From contig NC_042999.1 of the NCBI RefSeq assembly GCF_006345805.1, positions 30,194,001 to 30,258,000 on the forward strand: DNA of 64,000 nt, in the 5' to 3' direction. The translations under genes were made by a program, and so were the position numbers. Source of the stretch: Octopus sinensis (taxonomy: Eukaryota). This document shows positions 1 to 14,395 of the stretch, one piece after another (position 1 is the stretch's first letter; every line of letters begins with the position of its first letter). The notes beneath the pieces were generated by a model. It made no database searches. It was not told the origin of the DNA and worked only from the letters and a program-made list of their open reading frames with translations.

Positions 1-1476
1 CATTTTTATTATTTTTTTATAATATCTATTATTTTTACCACTAAACCTAACAAAATTATAATTATTATTAGAAGTATCTCGAAAATTATCAATTAAATCT
101 TTATCACTAATATTATAAAATTTAATATTCCTATTATAACCTGCCCCTCTAAGGGTCTCATTATAATAATTAGCATGTTTATTAAAAATCCCTATATCAT
201 AAGAGAGTAATGAAATACGTTTACTTATATTATTAATCAACGATTTTTTAATAGAAAATGGGTGATTACTATTAACATTTATATATCTAAGGTTCTCATT
301 AAGTTTATGATATGGTTGTGTTTTACCTGTAATAAGATTAAAATTAACATGTAAATAATTAACATTATAATTCTCCTTATATATAGTAATACTTAAACCA
401 TATCTTTTAAAGAAATTATATAGTTTTTTCTTATATACTTCTAGATTCCTATTAGTACAATTCTTTGTAACTAGTAGAAGATCGTCTCTATATAAACCAC
501 CCTCTATCTTAAGATTTTCTAATTGGAGTTCAGATAAAAGAAAAATACCTACTAAATCAGTAGCCTGTGCAGAATCTGGTGCTCCCATAGGTATATCAAA
601 ACAATCTCTAGTATCATTCCTAGCCCATAATTTATTTTTATATTTAATTAGCGATTTCCTAGCCATTGTAATTATATTAACTTCTTCCCGTGACATACCC
701 ACTTTATTCATTGCGAAAATAAGCGCTTTATTAAACACAATTTCATTAATAGAAGAATAATAATTATCTATATCTATTTGAATAAATTTATAACGATTTT
801 TATCTTTAATATTATTAAACCATTTCAATGTATTATTATTACTAAACCATAATTTCAAATAATTAAGTTTATTTAACTTATCAATATATTTATCTAAAAT
901 AAATTTACTTAATTTACCTAGGTCCGATTTACATGGGCAAATTAATCTAACTTCAGGGTCTGAATAAAAATTATCTTTATGGTCTTTAAGAGTAATTCTG
1001 GGGTGCAAAGGTACATAAGGTTCAGTTTTATTATCCAACTCATATTTTAACATTACTACTTTAGAGGCCTTATTAATATTATAAAGAATATCATCTGGAA
1101 CAATTTTATATTTTTTAATTATTTCTTTTCCTAATAGTTTATCATATAATTTAACATCTAATTTATATAGGTTCCTTGTTTTATCAGATTGTACTATAAT
1201 ACCATCCATATTTCTCATATCTTTAATTTTAATTGCTAAATTCCTTAAATATTCATTATTTCTATTTGGGTATTTATGGAATTCAATATTTTTTACCACC
1301 TTCCATATACTATCTTCAAGTAATTGTAATTCTTTATTAAATGGAGGTTCCTTTCTAGATTTAAATTTAGAGGTAAAATTATCATTCCTACTATCAATAT
1401 CATTAAATAAATAAAAATTATAGTAAAAAGCTTTCCATTTAATTCTAGAAATAAAATCTTTAACATTATTAACAAA
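1..1476 (-). mobile_element. Penelope-like element (Hydra-like type) reverse transcriptase ORF, stop-free for ~490 codons and running off the window edge
   Basis: Manual translation gives FVNNVKDFISRIKWKAF...IIVQSDKTRNLY...RITLKDHKDNF..DPEVRLICPCKSDLGKLSK...FIQIDIDNYYSSI...CFDIPMGAPDSAQATDLVG...GLYRDD (481-492)...YINVNSNHP. These match the RT motifs of the PLE at 43188-44402. The N-terminus is replaced by a (TA)n/(CA)n tract. Confidence 0.9.
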
Positions 1477-1480
1477 TATA

Positions 1481-1569
<89 letters not shown>

Positions 1570-1607
1570 GTGTGTTTGTTCTTAACACAGCTGATATACC
1601 CTCCCAT

Positions 1608-1683
1608 GGGCATATGGTGTACTGGTTAAGAGCGCGACTTCTAGCCCCAAGATTCAGAGTTTGATACCAGGCAGTGACCTGAA
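1608..1683 (+). mobile_element. tRNA-derived SINE head (tRNA-Arg-like), 5' part of a split SINE
   Basis: GGGCATATGGTGTACTGGTTAAG (A box), GACTTCTAG anticodon-like loop, GAGTTTGATACC (B-box-like), followed by (AAT)n. Confidence 0.75.
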
Positions 1684-1688
1684 AAATA

Positions 1689-1724
<36 letters not shown>

Positions 1725-1732
1725 TTAATAAT

Positions 1733-1874
1733 AAACACAAATGAAAGAGATAATAAAGAAACAATACTATAGACGAGTTAGATCAATACTAAGAAGAGAC
1801 CTCAATGCTAAAAACAAGATCATATATATTAACACTTTAGTATTCCCAGTTATAAGTCGCAGCTACTTTACGAA

Positions 1875-1909
<35 letters not shown>

Positions 1910-2870
1910 AAGAGAAGCGGAAAAAGAAGAAGAAGAAAAAGAAGAAGAAGAAAACAAAAGGTATGAAACAAATGAAATCCAAACTAAAACTAGAACAGCA
2001 ACGGACCATGTAAAACGACGGCAAGAAAAGCCTCTTCATGGAAATTACTGGACTAAACTAAATGCAAAAGAAATAGACAGAGAACAATAACAGCAATGTG
2101 TGAGAATCTCAGGACTTAAAGCAGAAACTGATGGATTTTTAATTGCAGCACAAGACCAAATCCTGCCCACCAGAAATTACTAAAAACATGTAATGAACAG
2201 AAACATAACAAGTAACTGCAGAATAAGTGGAGATGGACAAGAAACAATAAATCATATTATCTCTGGCTGCTCAGTCCTGGCTAAGAAGGAATATACTCAC
2301 AGACACGACAGATTTGGGACCTACATATACCGGAAGCTATGACATCATTATGGAATAACAACAGAAAAAAGATGGTATAAGCACACACTAGAAAAGGTCA
2401 CAGAAAACGAGAAGGCAACCATAATTTCGAATATAGATAGAGAAATTAAGGCCAATAGGTCAGTTATAGTTGTCAGAGATCATGAAGAAAAATGCTTTCC
2501 AATTGATGAATCAATACCGGCAGATGACAACGTGTTTCTAAAAGAAATGGAGAAATTTTCAAAATAGAAAGACCTGGAAATAGAGATAACTCGAACGTGG
2601 GATCTAAAAACAGAAACTATTCCTATCATAGTAGGCACATTAGGCATGATAAAAAGATATTCAGACAAATACATAACAAAAACACCAGGGCTTACAAATA
2701 TATATAACATACAGAAAATTACACTACTAGGCACTGCACACATCCTACGCAAAAACACTTTCAATAGAGTAACCATCAGAGCATCTTAACAAATCACAGC
2801 ACATACCCAAGGCACACAGAGCTGCGCTCGGTAGTGAAGTGAAAGAACGTTATAAAAATAAAAGTACTTA
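1733..2870 (+). mobile_element. R4/Dong-clade non-LTR retrotransposon, 5'-truncated and decayed (RT C-terminus, CCHC-type knuckle, restriction-like endonuclease)
   Basis: YYRRVRSILRRDLNAKNKI, GLKAETDGFLIAAQDQ, ETINHIISGCSVLAKKEYTHRHD, KDLEIEITRTW..TIPIIVGTLG, LLGTAHILRK. Several stops and an internal (AAG)n at 1872-1955. Flanked by (AAT)n on both sides. Confidence 0.88.
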
Positions 2871-2910
2871 ACAACAGCACCACCACCACCACCAACAACA
2901 ACAACAATAA

Positions 2911-2992
<82 letters not shown>

Positions 2993-2994
2993 CT

Positions 2995-3498
2995 CATGGC
3001 TTCTGATCTTAACTGATTGGAAGTGTCATCACGTACATTGTTTTGTCTTGGTATAAAAGATGGGCTACAGTAAATATTCAGCTCAATACCACAGATTTGC
3101 TTGTCAGTTGTTTGACCTTAACCAGTTGAGCATGTCCCTTAGTGGCTGACGATATGTGCATCTCTGATCACGAGCAGAAGTAGTGGGGGAGCATCATAGC
3201 CATGTGTTGAGAGGGATTCTTTGGGGTTTGAATAATTCACCTCTGGAAACATGGGTGGTTCTTTCAACATCCTTAAGCAACCCTTATTCAGGGACCACTT
3301 GAGCGGGATGGGCTACTCAACCTGAAGAAAATTCTAACTGGGCCCCACCTGCAAGGTCATGTGCTGTTTATCTTGATATGAGATCACCATGACGCGCACA
3401 TATGGTTGTGATGCATGTGCCTGGTGTACCTTTATCAGACGGGTAGTCATGATGGGTATATTGGTAGTCATGATGGGTATACTTTGATGGCATGCACA
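2995..3498. repeat. ~500 bp probable interspersed repeat embedded in (AAT)n, family unknown
   Basis: GC-richer non-coding block sharply bounded by (AAT)n tracts. Internal 21-bp-period duplication GGTAGTCATGATGGGTATA at 3442-3481. Confidence 0.5.
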
Positions 3499-3499
3499 C

Positions 3500-3685
3500 A
3501 TGATAATAATAATAAAAATAATAATAATAATGGCATTGAAAAATGCCACAGGAATGAGAACCGATGTTAGAAATTTCCCCAAGACACCTGATGAAGGCTG
3601 CAGGGTGCATCAGTCGAAGCGTTGTGTTATCAACAAACAAGATGAGGACAAATATCCGTCAAATGTAAATTATGTAAATAATAAA
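3500..3685 (+). mobile_element. 3' part of the split SINE, with a hammerhead-like motif at 3584-3627
   Basis: ACAC-CTGATGA-A-GGCTG(loop)CAGTC-GAAGC-GTT-GTGT. Homologous tail at 36015-36094; partial reverse copy at 1576-1604. Confidence 0.7.
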
Positions 3686-3739
3686 TAAAGAGGAAAGACA
3701 AATAGAAAAAGGAAACAGTTTTATATAAATTTGAGGTTA

Positions 3740-5160
3740 TTCTCCTGTCATTTTATTCATTCCTTCAGGGCTTGATGTTAATAACAAGGAAATCTATTTC
3801 CCCTCATGCATTCTAAAAGTGAAAATGATGTAGATTTAGAATATTTTCTGAGAATATGCAGTTTCAAATCTTCTTTAAGATGTTCGGTAAGTTCTGTCGA
3901 ACTACTGTTATTTTGCCTGACGTTAAATCTGTGCATATTAAATCTTTCGGTAAATTGCTCTGTTGCACAACCAACATAAATCAATTTGTGTTTTGTGCAT
4001 TCTGCCACGTTCACCAAATGGGAATCTCTATATGCCCCCACCGTCTGTATAAATCATAGCAATTCTTTCATGATTTCTGATGGTATTCACTTGATTCATG
4101 TTGTTGCACAATGAACAGGGCTTACCTCTTTTGCGGCTGTTTTACAGTGTGCAGATAATCCAACGATCGTTTTCTTGGAGTCAGTGATAGAGGTGAATAA
4201 TTCTCTTATATTCTTATTCTGTCTAAACGTTACAATAGGTGGCGCAGGAAATATCTGCTTGAAATTTGATATTTTTTGCCACATGCTGGTAACTAGAAAT
4301 GCCAGAGAAATTTTTTGTGCCAATTACTCACTAAAGAATTCTGTCGCCTTTTGTATTTTGTTTGCTAAAATTATGCGTGGAAGTTTGAGTATCTTTGCTA
4401 ATGCTAGGTATTTCATATGCTATTTCACTTAATCGTGAGTCACTGTAACCGCGTTTGGTATATAGACGTACAAAGGTATTTGTATATTTACACTAATCTC
4501 GTATGTCAGTACAAATCCGTTTTATTTTTGCAAATTGGGATTTCGGATTTGACCGATTAATATGATGTGAAAGATCGGTGCAGTGGTGGATATAAATGTG
4601 GGGTGACGTGGGCTTGCAAAATAGGTCTCTCACTATTCTGCCTCCAAAAAACTTGACATTTGGGTCCTAAAATTCAACACTAGTTTTTGAAATACTAGAC
4701 GTAAATTGTATGTTGGACTTAAAGCCATAGGTTTTAGTATAACAGTCACTGAAAAGCAAGAAATCCATTAAAGTATTTTGTGATCCTTCCCAGACAACAT
4801 ATTCGAAGATTTACAACTTATATCGAAGATACACCACTTAGCAGAAAGATCTTATATTCATATAAGATCCAAGAGTTCCAGCAGTTTGCGTCATTCCAGA
4901 TCTGCAAATTTTAGGTGTGATCATATGGATAGGTTTCTTTTGAAATCCCATTACATACGGAGTTGCTGTAACGCAGACATTGACACAACCATCTGCATTA
5001 ATCATGGTTTCTGGATTTCGTTTTTTTTCTCTTTTCTTCCATTGTTTACTTCAACCTGCTTGGCATAACTCATCACGTTACATCTTATTTTCTCATTTTG
5101 CCGGGTCATAGGATTTCAAATATATCTAAGGCATAAACAGAGCATGAAAGTTTATTTGGG
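3740..5160 (-). mobile_element. Degraded Penelope-like element (Neptune-like): RT remnant, linker and GIY-YIG endonuclease
   Basis: ORF fragments QIFPAPPIVTFRQNKNIREL and ECTKHKLIYVGCATEQFTERFNMHRFNV. RT-thumb-like LFCKPTSPHIYIH near 4600; multiple frameshifts. Confidence 0.75.
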
Positions 5161-6568
5161 GTTACATGGCATATTTTCTAATTATTCCTATTTAAAGCCG
5201 GCAAAGAGAAGCATTTAATTAATTAATTTTAATTTGCCTAATATAAAGAACTAAAGTAACAAAAGTATTTGTATTATACGCTGTGATAGTGTTCATGGTA
5301 ATAAATTCCATCCACATGGAATTTCTTTAAGCGTTTCAAATATGAGAGAGACTGCAATATTAAATTTCTGTGTCGAACGAAATGATTTCAATCAATTTGC
5401 TACATGAGGAATTAAACAGCCACGGCTTTTAAATTTGAAGGTACTTTGCATAGAGGAACCCTAGATGGGAGAAAATTTAGTCGGGCCAAATTCTGTTATT
5501 ACTGCCACGGAGTAAATAGGAACGGTAAACAATAACAAACGAAATAGTCTGGGTTTTATTGATTATATTCCAGAAATATTCTGAAGAACCTAATAAAACC
5601 AGGAGTTTTTATGGTGGATATAAGCGTTGTATAGGACTGAAATCCATAAAAGTATAAAATGATTGTTATAAAATTAATGGTTGACGACAATTAAAATATT
5701 AAATTACTTATTGATTACAGGAAATTATCATGCTTATTATATGTTTTATACTTTGAAGTTGCTTTCCCATTTAAGTTCTTCATTTCGCCAATATCAAAAT
5801 AGTATTAATTATATCATGACGATATGTATTTTGTCGTACAGTGGTCGGAAGTATACAATATTTCATTAAATCTCCCAGAACAACTAACATAAAGGTAAAT
5901 TTAGAGTAAAGAAACACTTGTCAGAGATAACAGAGGGAACCTAAATGTGATTATCGGTTAAACGGAGGAGAGAGGGACCCGAAAGGGATACAGGAAGCAA
6001 CAACCAGCTGAACAGAAGGAAAGTAACCAAATTTATAAAATTCAAGCAGGTGTTCTTAGCAGTTGAGCAATAAACTTATCTAAAACTTTGCAGTTCAGTC
6101 CCCACTGAACGTGTCATTTATTAACAGCACTCACCTAGGAGCTAGGTTGGCTCGGTTTTTTAAGTGTCAGGAACTCTCGAGCTGAGTCACTTGTGTGCCG
6201 CATTTTTTTCCTCTGATGATTTTACTTGCTATCCGATCGCTCGTAGCGTATTTCTACTCGCTATACAAGTACACATCAATATATCAAAGTTTAATACTTA
6301 GATAATCATATACCAAATATTAAAATTTAGTTTTATCCCTCAATAAGATAAAACATAAAAATAACTTTAGTTTGAAGTTTTCTAAATATTAATGTTAAAA
6401 ATTCTAAGAATAATGATATTCTTATAGTCACTTACCATTGTTCAATAATACTACCGATGAAAGATTTTCTTTTTGGGGTAATATTTAGTATATCACTAAG
6501 CGTTTGTATATGTGTGCAAATCCTTATATATGCATACAGTATGGAGGTGTGTTTACAGAAGCATATGC

Positions 6569-6612
<44 letters not shown>

Positions 6613-8237
6613 TACGCACATATATATGTATATACATACATACTGCATGTGTAAGAATAAGTAAAGAGCAAACTTATTGTATTATCCTAGACAGCTATAC
6701 AACTATACTTTCGCCTTTCAAAATTCCTATCGAAAATGAGTGTTCTCAGCAAGATGTTTATGTTAAATTCTATATATTTATTCTCGAGAAGATATATTTA
6801 ATTATATATGCACAACACTCTGGCTACTAAAAGGATAAAAAAAGACAACGTTGCTTTTAATTTGGTAAACTGATGTCTCACGACGGAATTGCTAGTATTT
6901 CTATTTAGAATATTTATTCATTCTGTGTTTATTCTTAGAGTTATGTTAATAAGAAAATGTTGTAAATCAAGTTCAATAGCCCATTATGATTAATATCAAT
7001 TAATTAAAATTAATTCCATTCGACTTCGGTTTCCTTCGCACCGTTTCAAAATTTAACATTATAAATTCAATTACAGAGTGGATGCAGTTTGATATAAATC
7101 AGATTGATGTTAGTAATTATAAAGAGAATTAACCTCACAAGACATTGGTACCATCGCATAATATATAAATAAACAAATTTGCAATTATTCCTTATATATT
7201 CTGACATTTTTCGATTCATTTCTATGTTTTTAATTATTTCAGTAATTAATTTTGATTACATTTTTTTCGGAATAAAACAAAATGCGCACAATATATTTGA
7301 TCGAATTTGTTATTAAAGAGGAATTGTGAACCAAACGAAAATAATCGTTTAGTATTATTGATATTACATTTGGTCCAGTTTATTCATTTCAATATTTATT
7401 GAATTAATTATGAAATGTATAAATACAATATTGAAACCACGTGACTTTATGTATATTAATAAAAAATGGGGGTTATATAGTTCATTGCAAATTATATTCT
7501 TCTTTCGTGTGTTTCGCATACGCCTAAAATCGTTGAAATGATCTGAAATATTTCTTATAATTCTACAAATTTCACAAATAATTACCATTCCAATTCCAGT
7601 AGTTCTACCCCTGGCCTTAGATATGTTCTGCATATTCTCAAGCTCAGTATGCGTGCATAAAACTCGTGTTCATTACGCAATCATAGGAATGAATAATTAA
7701 ATTACCTAGGGACCACCGTTGAGATAACACTGCTTAATGCTTCACCGAAGGAGGAATCTCATTCACCAATGAGACATAGGGTTTTGTCAATATAATCAGT
7801 TTGCTAACAGTGAGGAATTACGTCTCCCACCTCATAAGATACAATATATATATATTATTTGTCGTAGAGTAGCTAAGTTTCAATGTCTATTGAATACAAC
7901 ATTATAAACATGAAGTTGATAAGATGCTCACTAGTTAGGTATATTATGAATTTTGCCTTGCCTCTTCTCAGTGATACTTTATTCAGATGAGAGGTTAGGC
8001 TAGCAGATGAGGACCGACTTTTTAAAGTTCACAATTATTTTAATTGCAATAGAATAAATGACAACAGCATTAAAGTGCAAAGGGATAGATACAATTAGGA
8101 GCAGAGGATTTTCAGGCTTTCCAAACATGAGCAAAAGATAGAAGACTCGATTTTGCTACACGTTTCGATTACGTATAGTAACATGTGTTAAAAATATGTC
8201 GTAATTAAATATAATTCCTAAATATATCCATGATAAT

Positions 8238-8280
<43 letters not shown>

Positions 8281-8385
8281 AATCCAAACGGGAAAACAAA
8301 AAAAAACAACAACAGTGGAACAATTACAGTATTATTATTAATAGGCGCTCAAGAAATATGGAAATATATAGATATATACATACAT

Positions 8386-8569
<184 letters not shown>

Positions 8570-8631
8570 CACAAACATATATATATATTATATATATATA
8601 TAATATATATATACATTCATATATATAGATT

Positions 8632-8681
<50 letters not shown>

Positions 8682-10499
8682 CATATGTATGCATATACTT
8701 AATACACAGACACACACACACACACATATATATGTGTGTATGTAGGTATGAATGCATGCAAGTATAGTCACACAATTTCCATTGCCAAAGATATTGCAGT
8801 AATATTAGGGTAAGTTTGGTCTGCTAATTCTGAATATGGCATCAGTTTTCTTGGATTGACTCAGGTTTGTGTCAGAATCGAAGAGATCATCTTCGACAAG
8901 TAGCATTAAGTTCCCCTGGCCTTTTTATTATATACTATAGCTGCTAGACTGATTTTTAGGCATTATTGAATATAATTAAAAGTATTTCATGAAATTACAA
9001 ATACATCTTTTGTTATAAAGCACCAACATATGTTAAGATAAAACGCAAAATTCTGCAGTATATTGACACCAGAGAAATTATGAAGAAATGAACTCAAAAC
9101 CTTTGGTTAATTAAGGATATATCGATTCTTCAAAAAACATATCTATGTCTTTCCATTAACCGTTTCAGTAAGACACACAATCTGAACTTTTCAGCGTTAG
9201 AGTGAATTCATTAATTTGTGTGATGTTAAGATCCTTCTTTAACACCCTCGTGTACTAGTGTAGAAAACAAAACCGCTAGTCTTATAGTCAATATTCTGGA
9301 ATTATGATTTCTAGTTTTTGGGCGGTATTGCACAGGACGTGATCTTCCTCGCCACAGAAGTAAATAAGAAATTACTGTTCTCTCCCACGATAGACGGTTA
9401 CAGTATCTCCTATTTGCAGAAACATAATTTCCTGAAGACAGCTGCTAAGTTCTCAGTGGGCTAATCCGAGAGAGTGACTCATTAATTTATTTGTTGGAGA
9501 GCTGTTTGGTGTCAAATAACTTATTTCATGTCCATTTTCGTCTAAGGTAGACAGCAAACTCTACGCTTATTCAGCATCTACCAAAGAACGGCAGGCAGAG
9601 ATAAATACTAAAATGGGGTTTGTCTTCCTATGTGGTACAGTTCTCATGACTGATTTCAAATCACGATATTCAAAACTTTTCTTTCATAGATTGAAGTTTT
9701 TCGTGGCTAATTATCCGTTGTAGAATGTAATATACACCATGCATTCATTCGAATATTATTGGTAACCAACATTCATATTGTGACCAGTATGATCAATATT
9801 CTAATCAAGCCTATAATAAACAAGTCTCAACTGAAACACTTCAGGAAACTATGACTTATATACTGATATCGAATAAGATAAACAATAAGTCATGAAATTT
9901 CGTACAATATTAATCTTGTTCATTTTATTTTCCCAAATGAAAAATATACCAATATCATTCAACGGTTTTTTACTGTAACATTACACGTTTATTTGTTATG
10001 CAGCTAGAAAAAAGAAACATGATAAACATGCTAAAAACGAACATTTAATATTTTCAATATAGTCTTTCGCAGTAATTAATTGCATTTTATAGTGGATATT
10101 ACAAAAGTTTTATGTTAATGAGTGTATAAAACAGCAAAACATGTCATATTTTTTAACCTCTTTACAGCTGGCGCGAGTACATTCAACTACGTGCTGGTTC
10201 ACTTATTTCTGAAAAGATGTATTGATGCGGAAAAATAAATTTATCATTTCCAGTATTAGTACCTGCTTTGATTATATTAATGCTAACAGAGACACCCAGC
10301 ATTGCTCGCGATTGAAATGGCATAGATTGTTATTGTTTTAACTGTTAGGAAATCTGAATGCGACCATGCAGGTGCATCAGTTATAGTCGAGAAAATCGCC
10401 CCCCAGAATTGTTCTTTGTAATCCTAGTACATATTCTATCAGTGTCATTTTACGGTGACGTAAAATCAACATTGGTTGTCATGCGATGGTGGAGGTAGA

Positions 10500-11335
<836 letters not shown>

Positions 11336-11763
11336 GCAAGAATATATATAGAGACATTTATATACATATACATATATACATAAATAGTCATATATGCATA
11401 AACGTTTATAGATATATATATACGCATACATATATATATATATACAAAGATATACACATATTCATACATATACGTATATATATATTTGAAATTTTGTCTA
11501 GGTATATGGAGCTGATGAGGACAAATCAAATCTACGTTATCAAACGTATTTGAAAAGTCTGAAACCCGTCCTGCATTATCCGTTTCTAGGTTTTTCATTT
11601 TTCAGATGTTCTTCCTAAGGTAAGAAAAAAAATTGTCATGTTTGTTCCACACACACACGTCTTTGCTAGTATATACGCAGTGAAGCTATACAATAGCTCC
11701 GTATTTATTACGATCGCTATTTTCCAGTAAATATCGGTACTTCGTTGTACCATTTATTTACTT

Positions 11764-11812
<49 letters not shown>

Positions 11813-11842
11813 CGCATATGTATGAATATATGTATATCTTTG

Positions 11843-11907
<65 letters not shown>

Positions 11908-11908
11908 A

Positions 11909-11944
<36 letters not shown>

Positions 11945-12019
11945 CTGTATAATTGTGTATGTATATATGTCTATTTATGTCTATGTCTATGTATATAAAT
12001 GTCTATTTATGTATATATT

Positions 12020-12566
12020 TATGCATATATTGGTACAGGATGTCCCCAATGTGGAAATAACATGAGATACGTAAACAGATGCGTTACATACGTAAATAAC
12101 GTATTTTCGGAACAAAAAAATATGACATACAATGAAACCGAACTGAGATCATCTCGGAGAGTTGTCGGACCAGGAGGAGATGAAAAGAGTGAACGTTGGG
12201 AGATGCATGTTTTTAAAAGAGAGAAGATAGAAGCGAGAGACATTAAATCACGTCCATTCTTTTGAACGTCCGCACAGGAAAAGATGGTTACGTGACGAAA
12301 AGAATGACGGACGTTGGTCACGTGTGAGCAGAGATATATATATAGAAAGAGAGGAAGAGAAAATGGAAAAGAAGGAGGTAGATAGAAAACGGGGAATGTG
12401 GGGATGAGGACAAAATGAATTTGAGAAGAATAGAGGAGGAAATTGTATATAGTAGAAAGAGGATCAAAAAGGCGAATATATACTTATTTGGAAATCGATG
12501 CGACGCCGCGTTTGATTAAATAATATATTATGTACATATATGTGTGTGTATGTATATGTGTATGTG

Positions 12567-12613
<47 letters not shown>

Positions 12614-13940
12614 GTATGTATATAACTAGAAACATAAGGCCCGCCTTTTAAACATCGTATATTTTTACATTCCCTTCGAAATTTCTCTTAACCTTGATTT
12701 GGACTTTTTGACTGTTTCTTCTAATATATAAGGTGGTCTGTTAAGACTCGCCTCTTTGTGTTTAATTGTACACCAATTTATATATATGTGTGTGTGTGTC
12801 TGTGTGCGCGTGTGTGTTTGTTTGTATACATGCATATATGTGTACAGGACCTCACCAACAGTAAAAATAACAAGAAATACGAAAATGAATGCGTTAAATA
12901 CGTAGTTAACGAGAACAAAATGGAAAACAGGACAAATTAAAGCAGAAAAATGTCTCTTGTCGGCTGGCTATCTACTCATTTCGATCATTCAACGACAAGA
13001 TGTGTCTTCAAAGATAAAAATATAATTGTGTATTTATGTAGGGTTAAAGTTGAGGGCAAACAACGTAACGGTGGAGACATACAGGGGAACCGGACAAGGG
13101 CAAACATAGCGGGTCTTTAGACCAGGACGAGAGGAAAAATAGTGAAAGCTGAGAGAAACATTTATGGAAAGGAGAAATGATAGATGAGAGGGAGAAATAT
13201 ATATCTGCCCTTGTGAACGCCCGTGCAGGAACCGCATAATGGTAACCTGTGGAAAAGTAAGATGGACGTAAGTGACGTCAGAGTAACGATAGAGAATGAG
13301 AGAAAAAGCGAAAGTGGACAGAGAGAGAGAGAGAGAGAAATATAGTAAAAAGAAAGATATTAAACGGTTTTTGTACCCAAATCTGACCCCCCATAATTTT
13401 ATTTTAGAATTTGGGGGCGAAACTGTCTTTGAAGATTAATATTGTCGTTCTATGCTTGAAATAAGGTGTTATAGAGAGTCGACAACTGCTGAAAGGTCTT
13501 TTCTCTACCTTTACTTGTCTTGTTTTCCATTCTTTTCTCGATGCTTACGTATTTCGTGTTGTTTGCACTGTTGCTGACATCCTGTATCCATATATATTAT
13601 TATTTTCTTCACTATTATTTAATTGAACGCGACGCATTTAAGTTTATCTTCACCTTTTTTATGCGACTCTCTACTTTATCCTGACTTTTTCTTCATCCTT
13701 CTCTAATTCTTTTACCCTCTTTTACCGCTTTCTTTCTGTCCCTGTCGCTCTTCTTTCTGTTTCTCACTCTCATAATATCGTTGAATATTCGAAAGAAGGG
13801 TAGATAGGTAACCAACAACATATGACGTGTCCTTTCTCTGCTTTTGTCTGTCCTGTTTTACATTTTATTCCTGTTATCTACGTATTTAACTCGTTTATTT
13901 ACGTATCTTATGATATTTGCATTTTTGGTGATGTCCTATA
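12020..13940. repeat. Cluster of four diverged copies of an unnamed repeat (family X): 12020-12330 (+), 12840-13290 (+), 13400-13590 (-), 13810-13940 (-)
   Basis: Shared ACAGGA..CACCAA..AAATAAC..GAAATACG..AATACGTA..AAAATGGAAAACAGGACA motif. Further copies at 34580-35360 share GCATATATTGGTACAG. Confidence 0.65.
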
Positions 13941-13954
13941 CATACATATACATA

Positions 13955-14022
<68 letters not shown>

Positions 14023-14029
14023 AATACAG

Positions 14030-14395
14030 AATGATACCTTTTAGTGAGCACATTGAGAAATGCGCAAAGCAACTACTACCACAATTTTTAAACATTCCAT
14101 TTTACCAATGTGCTATCGGATCATCAACACAAATTAGACTAAACAAGGAAACATTCTTCATTGAAAAGTACAAGCCCAGACTTAACCATTCCAACATATT
14201 GATACGGAGAAATTCACACCGAGGGAAAGGCAAAAAATTTTAAGCGATTATCTCCCTTACACCGGAAGAAATAACTCCTTACCTCCCCTTATTTAGAACT
14301 CTTTTCAACATAAATATAGCAATAACTCTGCTCAACATAAACATAACGACGTAAGAAATTTGAAAAGCTAAACGCGAAACCGGTCTTTCTTCTAA
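14030..14395 (+). mobile_element. 3' fragment of a Neptune-like PLE (end of GIY-YIG plus 3' region with a degenerate hammerhead)
   Basis: FSEHIEKCAK...IPFYQC...RLNKETFFIEKYKPRLN, then AAGAAA-T-TTGAAAA-GC(TAAAC)GC-GAAAC-CG-GTC-TTTCTT at 14353-14391. Confidence 0.65.

Noticed and set aside
11502-11619. Plus-strand exon or 14-nt microexon (11606-11619) with a GTAAGA donor; similar 13-nt case at 48160-48172
   Set aside because: No partner exons or homology, lengths are not multiples of 3, and such sites are expected by chance.
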